The notes under the pieces were generated by a model. The model ran no database searches and had not been told where the DNA came from. It saw only the letters and a program-made list of their open reading frames with translations. A program made the position numbers and the translations under genes. From assembly GCA_902524805.1 (NCBI GenBank), contig CABZES010000002.1, forward strand, positions 29,528 through 93,527: 64,000 nt of DNA. Direction: 5' to 3'. Of this stretch, positions 57,408 through 64,000 are shown piece after piece (within the stretch, counting starts at the first letter, position 1; each line of letters starts with the position of its first letter). The DNA is from an uncultured SAR86 cluster bacterium (GTDB lineage: Bacteria > Pseudomonadota > Gammaproteobacteria > Magnimaribacterales > AG-339-G14).

Positions 57408-58386
57408 ATTTGGTTAGAGTTCCTACAATATGTGAAAGTATTTTGTAAGGATCTGCGTTAGAAGCAGGTCTTCTGTCTTCTAAATATCCATTCCAATCAT
57501 GCTCTACTGTATAGACAGGAATTCGAATACTCGCTCCTCTATCACTAACCCCATATGAAAATTCAGTAATTTTTTGAGTTTCATGAAGTCCAGTAAGACG
57601 CATATCATTGTCTGAACCATATGAAGCTATGCCCTCATCATGAACAGCACCAAGTTTCTCACAAATAGATGAAAACAACTCTTCTGATCCTTTTGATCTC
57701 ATTTCTTCGTTAGAAAAATTACTATGCATACCTGAACCATTCCAATCTCCTGTCTTAGGCTTAGGATGAAGGTTTACTCCAACACCATATTCTTCAGCAA
57801 TCTTAAATAATAAGTATCTGCTAATCCAAAGATCATCAGCAGCCTTGATTCCTTTACCAAAACATTGATATTCCCACTGACCTAATGCAACTTCCGCATT
57901 TGTGCCAGTTAATGTAATTCCAATATCAAGACAGGCTTGAAGATGGGCATCAGAAATTTCTCTTCCGACAACATTTCCTGCACCTACACCACAATAGAAT
58001 TCTCCTTGTTCTTTAGGAGTTCCATCTTCCCATCCTAAAGGCTCACCAGTCTTAGGATCAGTAAAAAAGAACTCTTGCTCAAATCCAAACCACCATTCAT
58101 CTGTAACTACTTCTGCAGCAGCAGCTCTAAAGTTTGACGGATGAGTTGTATGATCAGCTGCTTGAACCTGAGTTAGCACTAAGTCATGACCATTTGGATT
58201 AGAATATGTTTGAACAGGAAGTAATAAACAGTCGGAACTTCCGCCCTCTGCCTGTTGAGTTGATGAACCATCGAAGGACCAGTCAGGAGCTGTCTCCTCG
58301 TCAGTAGCCTTTACTTTACTTCTCATATTAGCTTCCGGCGTATAACCATCTAACCATATGTATTCGTATGTTTTGAAATCTGCCAT
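57406..58386 (-). CDS. glnII: Glutamine synthetase type II (GSII)
   Basis: 326 aa; EYIWLDG, WSFDGSST.QA, FGFEQE, GTNAEV..GQWEYQ, PKP..GDWNGSG.H, RLTGLHET, DRGASIRIP and GYLEDRRPASNADPY are GSII signatures. Confidence 0.93.
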   Translation of the reverse strand: MADFKTYEYIWLDGYTPEANMRSKVKATDEETAPDWSFDGSSTQQAEGGSSDCLLLPVQTYSNPNGHDLVLTQVQAADHTTHPSNFRAAAAEVVTDEWWFGFEQEFFFTDPKTGEPLGWEDGTPKEQGEFYCGVGAGNVVGREISDAHLQACLDIGITLTGTNAEVALGQWEYQCFGKGIKAADDLWISRYLLFKIAEEYGVGVNLHPKPKTGDWNGSGMHSNFSNEEMRSKGSEELFSSICEKLGAVHDEGIASYGSDNDMRLTGLHETQKITEFSYGVSDRGASIRIPVYTVEHDWNGYLEDRRPASNADPYKILSHIVGTLTK

Positions 58387-58443
58387 AATTTTTCTCCTAT
58401 TTAATTACAGTTTTTAAACGAAGACTTATGTTATCAAAATAAA

Positions 58444-58504
58444 TGCAACTAAATAGTGCATTAATTGTATTATTTTAATGCTCAAATTGCACTACTTTAT
58501 AGCA
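58444..58504. promoter_or_regulatory. Two NtrC-like binding sites upstream of glnII
   Basis: 58444-58460 reads TGCACTATTTAGTTGCA on the minus strand; 58488-58504 reads TGCACTACTTTATAGCA. Consensus is TGCACCA-N3-TGGTGCA. Confidence 0.65.
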
Positions 58505-59063
58505 AAAAGTCTAAAATAAAGGGTATTTTATTCTCAAATCCAATATATTCATGAGATCCTTCTATCTCTGCACATAAATGACCGTCCTTATAAAAAGACA
58601 TTGTTTTTATATGATTTAGAACATTATCTTCTAGTTGAATTAATGCTAAATGATTCTGAGGGTTTTTTAATTTATTAATTTTTATTCGATTAAGAAAATT
58701 ATACATTTCTTGTGTGAAGAAATAATTTTCGTTGGTTTGATAATTTTGATGTTGGCCAATAAGTTTTTTCATATTTTCCAAATGATCAGGTACAACTGGA
58801 TTTATATTCACAGATCTTAAATTATAGGTATCAGAAATATAGGTAGCATAAAAACCTCCTAGAGAACTTCCAATTAGAGAAATAGAAAAATTACATTTCT
58901 TAACAAGATTTAGAATATCTTTTATTGCTTCCTTTGGAGATATCGGTAGGTCAGGAGAAATAACTTCTGCTTTTGAATTTTGAACAAATTTAGAATTCTT
59001 AAAAATTTGTGCTTTGTTTGAATTAGAAGATGAATTAAATCCGTGAAGGTATAAAATTTTCAA
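58497..59063 (-). CDS. yqiA: YqiA/YcfP family esterase
   Basis: YLHGFNSS..S.KA, GSSLGG, INP, D.VL and GSH. Confidence 0.9.
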   Translation of the reverse strand: MKILYLHGFNSSSNSNKAQIFKNSKFVQNSKAEVISPDLPISPKEAIKDILNLVKKCNFSISLIGSSLGGFYATYISDTYNLRSVNINPVVPDHLENMKKLIGQHQNYQTNENYFFTQEMYNFLNRIKINKLKNPQNHLALIQLEDNVLNHIKTMSFYKDGHLCAEIEGSHEYIGFENKIPFILDFLL

Positions 59064-59481
59064 GCGATCTTCCAGATTCTTTGCAAATTATTAAAAATTT
59101 ATTGAGGAACGAATTCCATTGAAACTTTTCATCTTTAGTAAATCCAAATTTTATTTTACTAGGAAAAATTGAAATTAAACTTTGATGAAATCCTTGGAAT
59201 CTAATTACTTCGCACATTTTAGCTTCATGATATAAACGAATCTCAATTTCAATCTTTTCTGATAGTTCTGCAGAAAAACAAACTTTAATATCGCTTGTAA
59301 ATTTAGAAACCTCACTTAAACAGATAGAAACTTCGTTTAATTTAGAGTTTCCCAATGGAATTCCAAAAGATAAAACTTTTTCTTTTCGCAAATCAGGCAT
59401 TAGCTGAGAAAACAAAAGATAGTTCTTTTCACATATAAAGTGAAATTCTTTAAGATCTAGATACTTTTCTTTATTTTCCAT
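59035..59481 (-). CDS. yqiB: DUF1249 family protein (YqiB-like)
   Basis: CEKNY..., RLYHEAKMCEV and DEK.Q.N.FL; upstream of yqiA. Confidence 0.85.
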   Translation of the reverse strand: MENKEKYLDLKEFHFICEKNYLLFSQLMPDLRKEKVLSFGIPLGNSKLNEVSICLSEVSKFTSDIKVCFSAELSEKIEIEIRLYHEAKMCEVIRFQGFHQSLISIFPSKIKFGFTKDEKFQWNSFLNKFLIICKESGRSLENFIPSRI

Positions 59482-59516
59482 ATAGCTAGTCTACTTTTAA
59501 AATCATTATTTTTGAA

Positions 59517-60155
59517 TCAGTCGTGAGAAGCCCATAGCACATTGGCTACTATTGATCTATAAGGTTTCCATGAAATAGCTAGGTTATGCATTTCTTTTTC
59601 ATCAGGCCTAGAATCTAAATTTTTTATTTCTTTTATAGCCGCTTGTAAGCCAAGATCTTTTACAGGCCAAATGTCTTTTCTTCCCAGTGACGCAAGCATG
59701 TAGCATTCTGCAGTCCATTCACCTATCCCTTTAATATTACATAATCTTTTTTTTAATTCATCGTCATTAAGCTTATGTAAAGATCTAAAAGACAGTTCTC
59801 CAGATAAAATTTCATTAGCTAAGATATTACAATAATTTATTTTAGGGCCACTTAGTCCAGTTTTTTTTAAATTAGAGTTACTAATTTTTAAAAATTGTCT
59901 AGGAGAAAAAACCGGTGTAAGTTTTTTTATTCTCAAAAAAATTGCTTTAGCCGAAGCAACTGAAAGTTGTTGCTCTGTTATTAACCTAACCAAACCTTCA
60001 AACCCCTTTGGTCTTTTGAATGAAGGGAATTTTGGGTATTTTAAAAACAAAAACTCTAGATCTTTATCTTTTTTCGAAAGATAAATGATTTCTTTTCTAT
60101 TCGGATGATCTTTAAATAGATTTGAAAGGGAGATATTTTTTTGCTTCTTTGACAT
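59517..60155 (-). CDS. alkA: DNA-3-methyladenine glycosylase (AlkA-like HhH-GPD)
   Basis: EQQLS..SA, GLSGPK, KGIGEWTA, D.WP..DLG and WKPYRS. Start re-placed at ATG 60155. Confidence 0.88.
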   Translation of the reverse strand: MSKKQKNISLSNLFKDHPNRKEIIYLSKKDKDLEFLFLKYPKFPSFKRPKGFEGLVRLITEQQLSVASAKAIFLRIKKLTPVFSPRQFLKISNSNLKKTGLSGPKINYCNILANEILSGELSFRSLHKLNDDELKKRLCNIKGIGEWTAECYMLASLGRKDIWPVKDLGLQAAIKEIKNLDSRPDEKEMHNLAISWKPYRSIVANVLWASHD

Positions 60156-61257
60156 AACGTTTGATTTGAGAATCTTCTCGTACAACAAAATCTTGAATCG
60201 CTGTTTTAAATTTTTCGTCTGCAATCCAATGAGCAGAAAATGTTTCAATTGGTTTGAAACCTCTTTTAATTTTGTGCTCTCCTTGAACACCGGGATCAAA
60301 TCTTTTTAAATTATTCTTAATGCAAAAATCAATACCTTGATAGTAGCAGCATTCAAAATGTAAACAGTCAAATTCTTCATTACACCCCCAATAACGTCCA
60401 TATAGATTTTCTTTGTCTTTAAAAAACATTGATCCTCCGACAACTTCATTTGAATTTTTTTCGCTTGCCATCATTAAAACAATATTCTCAGCTATTGATT
60501 TCGGCGCCATTAAAAAAAATTCTTTAGAAAGATATCCTTCGTGCCCGCTTCTTTTTAAATTAGTTGATAAATAAAAATTATAAAAAGATTTCATAAGATC
60601 AATATTTAAATCTGATCCTGAGAAATGATTTATTACCAAATTTTGACTAGATAATTTTTTTCTCTCCTTTTTAACATTTTTCCTATGCCTTGCCCTAAAA
60701 GACTCTAAATAATCATCAAAACTTTTATAACCTTCATTAAACCAGACAAATTGTGCATTTTTTCTTATGCTTAAATCATTTTCTTGATAGTGATCTATTT
60801 CATTTAGCTCTGGAAATAATATATGCCAAGAAGAAATATTGTTTGATTCTGAGATAGATTTGATACCATCGATAATAATTGGAAGAACGTCTCTTTTATT
60901 ATAGTCTTCGCTGACTATAACTCTTGGTCCAGTTGCAGGAGTATAAGGAATAGAGCTCACCAACTTAGGATAATAATCAATGCCATGATGATAAAAAGCA
61001 TTGGCCCAAGAATGATCAAAAACAAATTCACCTTGAGAGTTATTTTTTAGATATAAAGGCATCCCAGCTATCAATTTATTTTCATGTTCCAAAGTTAGAT
61101 GCATCGGTATCCAACCTGAAGAAATTCCAGTTGAGCCAGTAAGTTCTAAAAGTTTAAGAAATTCATATTTTAAGAAAGGATATTCATTTTTTGGAACTAT
61201 GGCGTCCCATTTTTCTTTATTAATTTCGTTTATTGACTTGTTAAAGATTATTTTCAA
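60112..61257 (-). CDS. DUF482 / FemAB-like GNAT-fold protein
   Basis: PF...FL..LE, S.GEFVFDH.WA, YYPKL..IP.TP.TG.R, LYGRYWG, LHFECCYYQ and QGEHK..RGF. Confidence 0.9.
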   Translation of the reverse strand: MKIIFNKSINEINKEKWDAIVPKNEYPFLKYEFLKLLELTGSTGISSGWIPMHLTLEHENKLIAGMPLYLKNNSQGEFVFDHSWANAFYHHGIDYYPKLVSSIPYTPATGPRVIVSEDYNKRDVLPIIIDGIKSISESNNISSWHILFPELNEIDHYQENDLSIRKNAQFVWFNEGYKSFDDYLESFRARHRKNVKKERKKLSSQNLVINHFSGSDLNIDLMKSFYNFYLSTNLKRSGHEGYLSKEFFLMAPKSIAENIVLMMASEKNSNEVVGGSMFFKDKENLYGRYWGCNEEFDCLHFECCYYQGIDFCIKNNLKRFDPGVQGEHKIKRGFKPIETFSAHWIADEKFKTAIQDFVVREDSQIKRYVKEAKKYLPFKSI

Positions 61258-62109
61258 TTAAATTAGTCCTATGTAAAAAGAGATAAAAATTAACAATCCT
61301 ATATAGTTATTTTTTTTGAAAAAAATAAAAAAGGAGTGCGCATTTTCTTCTTCAATAATATTAATTGAATAAACTAAAAATAATCCATTAAGTAAAAAAA
61401 AGATATAAAAGTATAAATTTATATTTTCTCCTAAACCTAGAAAAAAAAGCAAAAGAAGATTTATCAAACTGCCAGAAAAAATAATAAGTTTTTCTTTTCC
61501 CTCAAAAAAAAGAGCTGAATTTCCAATATTCAGAAGTTGATCATCTTCTCTATCAGCCATTGCATATGCAGTATCATAAGAAAAAATCCAACAGAAGTTT
61601 GCAAGCATCAAAATAAAAACGGAGTAGGGTAAGTCATTTAAAGTTGCTGAGAAAGCTAAAGGGATTCCACCTGAGAAAACTATGCCTAAAATAATTTGAG
61701 GCATTTTCATAACCCTTTTAGCCAGAGGATAAAGAATAACCAATATTACAAAAACTATTGCAATTAAAAAACTTAAAAAATTCAAATAAGAAAGGAGCAA
61801 AGAAGATATTGTTATTAAAAAAATAAAAAGAGATAACGCCTCAAAATTTGTAACTTTTCCAGAAGCAAGAGGTCTTTCAATTGTTCTAGAAACTTTTTTA
61901 TCAAAATTTTGATCTAGATAATCATTTATAACGCATCCGGCTGACCTCATAAAAAAGGTGCCAAGACAAAAAACTATAAGCAGGTAAGTCTCTATATTTC
62001 CATCTCCCGCAATAATCAATGCAGTTAATGTTGGCCATAACAAGAGGAGAGTACCAATAGGTTTGTCAGCTCTCATTAGCAGTAAATAGTTTTTCAAAGA
62101 ATTAATCAC
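61258..62109 (-). CDS. ubiA: 4-hydroxybenzoate polyprenyltransferase
   Basis: RADKPIGTLLLLWP, RSAGCVIND..D, RPL, YPLAKR and YDT.YAM.D..DD. Confidence 0.95.
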   Translation of the reverse strand: MINSLKNYLLLMRADKPIGTLLLLWPTLTALIIAGDGNIETYLLIVFCLGTFFMRSAGCVINDYLDQNFDKKVSRTIERPLASGKVTNFEALSLFIFLITISSLLLSYLNFLSFLIAIVFVILVILYPLAKRVMKMPQIILGIVFSGGIPLAFSATLNDLPYSVFILMLANFCWIFSYDTAYAMADREDDQLLNIGNSALFFEGKEKLIIFSGSLINLLLLFFLGLGENINLYFYIFFLLNGLFLVYSINIIEEENAHSFFIFFKKNNYIGLLIFISFYIGLI

Positions 62110-62153
62110 AGTGTTATATAATTTCGAACATATAGCTTAGCAATATTTATATT

Positions 62154-62345
62154 ATGGAAGAATTTAAAAAATGGGAATGCATTGTCTGTGGCTGGATTTA
62201 TGATGAAGAGCAAGGATTGCCTGAAGAAGGAATTCCCCCAGGCACTAAATGGGAGGATGTACCAGTTGATTGGGTGTGCCCTGATTGCGGAGTTGGAAAA
62301 GAAGACTTTGATATGATTCCTTTAGAAGGCGGAAAAAGTTACTAA
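62154..62345 (+). CDS. Rubredoxin
   Basis: CIVCGWIYD...G.PPGT.WEDVP.DW.CPDCG..K.DF. Confidence 0.96.
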   Translation: MEEFKKWECIVCGWIYDEEQGLPEEGIPPGTKWEDVPVDWVCPDCGVGKEDFDMIPLEGGKSY

Positions 62346-62347
62346 AA

Positions 62348-63589
62348 ATGTCCTTTACTATAAGAATTTTACTAGCGATGTTCTTAGGTATTTTTCTTGG
62401 AAGCTTAACTAATACCTTTCAGAATCTTTTTCTTTTTGAATTAGTGTCTATTTTTCTTGTTTCAGGATTATTTGATGTAATTGGCCAGATTTTTATAAAT
62501 CTTTTAAAGCTTCTTGTCGTTCCTTTGGTTTTTGTCTCTCTCGTTTGTGGTGTTGGACAAGTAAGCTCAGGAACGCAATTGGGATCAATAGGTTTTAAAT
62601 CAGCACTTTTATACATGCTGACAACATCATTTGCTATATTTAGTGCTTTATTAATTGCTTCATTTTTTAGTCCGGGAGCAGGAATAAATATTGAATCAGA
62701 GAGTACTTTTTCTGCTCCTGAAGCACCTTCTCTGAAGGATACATTTATAAACATTTTTCCTACAAATCCTGTCAGTGCTATGTCTGAAGGAAATATGCTT
62801 CAGATAATTGTTTTTGCTCTATTATTTGGATATGGACTTTTGAAAATTGGAGAAAAAGGTGAAAAGATCAAAAACTTTTTTGAAAATCTTTATCAAATTA
62901 TTCTTCAAATCGTAAATATAGTAATTTTAATATCTCCAATTGGAGTTTTTTGTTTAATTTTTAATATATTTGCAACACTAGGAATTGAAATAATTAATGA
63001 TTTATTAGAATATTTTTTAGTCCTAAGTTTCATATTAGTTTTTCACGCATTTTTCACATACAGCATTATTTTAAGTCTTTCAAAGTTAAATCCTTATATC
63101 TTTTTTATAAAGATGCGAGAAACGATGTTGTTCGCATTTAGTACTTCATCTAGTAGTGCCACTATGCCAATAACGCTTAAAACAGTTGAAGAAAAATTAG
63201 GAGTTGGAAAATCTGTTAGTTCTTTTTGTGTTCCTTTGGGTACTACTATAAATATGGATGGCACAGCAATAATGCAGGGTGTTGCTACGATTTTTATAGC
63301 CCAAGCATTTTCTATAGATTTATCGTTTACTGAATATTTGATGGTAATTTTAACAGCAACCTTAGCTTCGATTGGAACTGCAGGTGTGCCTGGAGTTGGA
63401 TTGATTATGTTGGCAATGGTTCTTCAACAAGTTGGACTGCCCGTTGAAGGTATAGCCCTAATAATCGGTGTAGACAGACTGTTAGATATGATCAGAACAG
63501 CAGTTAATGTTTCAGGAGATGCTATGGTCTCTTGTATTGTTGCTAAATCAGAAAATAAATTAAATGAAACAGCTTTTAACAAAGTTTAA
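62348..63589 (+). CDS. Dicarboxylate/amino acid:cation symporter (DAACS, GltP-like)
   Basis: PLVF.SL, FSTSSSSATMP, GTTINMDG, ASIGTAGVPG and DRLLDM.RTAVN. Confidence 0.94.
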   Translation: MSFTIRILLAMFLGIFLGSLTNTFQNLFLFELVSIFLVSGLFDVIGQIFINLLKLLVVPLVFVSLVCGVGQVSSGTQLGSIGFKSALLYMLTTSFAIFSALLIASFFSPGAGINIESESTFSAPEAPSLKDTFINIFPTNPVSAMSEGNMLQIIVFALLFGYGLLKIGEKGEKIKNFFENLYQIILQIVNIVILISPIGVFCLIFNIFATLGIEIINDLLEYFLVLSFILVFHAFFTYSIILSLSKLNPYIFFIKMRETMLFAFSTSSSSATMPITLKTVEEKLGVGKSVSSFCVPLGTTINMDGTAIMQGVATIFIAQAFSIDLSFTEYLMVILTATLASIGTAGVPGVGLIMLAMVLQQVGLPVEGIALIIGVDRLLDMIRTAVNVSGDAMVSCIVAKSENKLNETAFNKV

Positions 63590-63647
63590 TCAATGAAATT
63601 GAGAACGCTTTCTGTTAAATTGTCTTCTTTTTAGGAGGAGAAGAGTT

Positions 63648-64000
63648 ATGAGTTCTATGTTGATTATTCCGCCACTATTTGGAATGGCAGGGCTATTAGT
63701 TGCACTTTTTATATATTTTGTGGTCCTCAGGTATGATGGTGGGACAGATAAGGTAAAGAAAATTGCTGACCAAATTCACCTCGGAGCAATGGTATTTATG
63801 CGAAGAGAGTATTCATACCTTTTTCTTTTCGTTTCTGTTTTGATAGTTCTTTCATACTTAGCGTTAGGATTGAATACTGCAATTGCTGTTACTGCAGGGG
63901 CAATATCATCCTCATTAGCAGGTTGGCTTGGAATGTTTTCTGCAACAAAAGCTAATTCAAGAACAGCTACAGCTGCAGCAAATCAAGGAGCTAAAACTGC
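63648..64000 (+). CDS. hppA: Membrane-bound Na+/H+-translocating pyrophosphatase, 3'-truncated by the window edge
   Basis: AGGAGG SD, then ATG 63648. Translates to ...KKIADQIHLGAMVFMRREY...GAISSSLAGWLGMFSATKANSRTATAA..., the conserved mPPase N-terminus. Absent from the ORF track because no stop is reached. Confidence 0.9.
   Translation, partial: MSSMLIIPPLFGMAGLLVALFIYFVVLRYDGGTDKVKKIADQIHLGAMVFMRREYSYLFLFVSVLIVLSYLALGLNTAIAVTAGAISSSLAGWLGMFSATKANSRTATAAANQGAKT

Noticed and set aside
58387-58496. Glutamine (glnA-type) riboswitch in the glnII leader
   Set aside because: The leader is short and AT-rich with no recognisable three-way junction; NtrC-like DNA sites explain the region better.
60156-60299. 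N-terminal extension of the alkA ORF
   Set aside because: It lies inside the conserved DUF482 C-terminus; ATG 60155 gives a normal-length protein.
1545-62754. Numerous 60-146 aa antisense or alternate-frame ORFs (e.g. 2319-2759, 7747-8121, 51674-52015, 62419-62754)
   Set aside because: They are shadows of well-supported genes, with Ser/Ile/Phe-rich antisense composition and no motifs or SD.
1-64000. CRISPR arrays, tandem repeats, IS elements, prophage or defence genes
   Set aside because: None were seen by eye; almost all sequence is accounted for by recognisable CDS with very short spacers.

Overview
AT-rich, very gene-dense chromosome segment of a streamlined marine-type gammaproteobacterium. 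The gene content and Pseudomonas-like synteny suggest the SAR86 clade, but that is inference. It holds about 70 CDS and one tRNA-Phe(GAA). I saw no integrase, IS, CRISPR array or rRNA. Core blocks: TRAP dctP/dctQM; rpoH-thiS-thiG-trmB; efp-argS-yggS-proC-yggT-metX-metW-rdgB; a six-gene TonB2-type energizer operon; lgt-thyA-folA; mutY-yggX; hisBHAF; gpmA; glnII-ntrB-ntrC; ubiA; rubredoxin; hppA (partial). An accessory-looking stretch at about 28.5-49.7 kb around the tRNA carries lipid/xenobiotic redox enzymes, a Coq4-like protein, a Met/His-rich outer-membrane barrel, a divergent Anbu / CP-ATP-grasp / alpha-E module with no transglutaminase, and a glycoside uptake/catabolism cluster. Main observations: (1) a type II glutamine synthetase sits in the glnA slot of glnA-ntrBC, with two NtrC-like boxes but no sigma-54 promoter, followed by a ~100-nt structured 3' UTR; (2) a short gpmA sits in the usual gpmI slot; (3) the Anbu peptide-ligase module is reduced and rearranged; (4) two genes appear to need non-canonical start codons (CTG, ATT); (5) an unannotated membrane-protein gene is frameshifted in an A10 tract. 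All calls come from reading motifs by eye; no searches were run.
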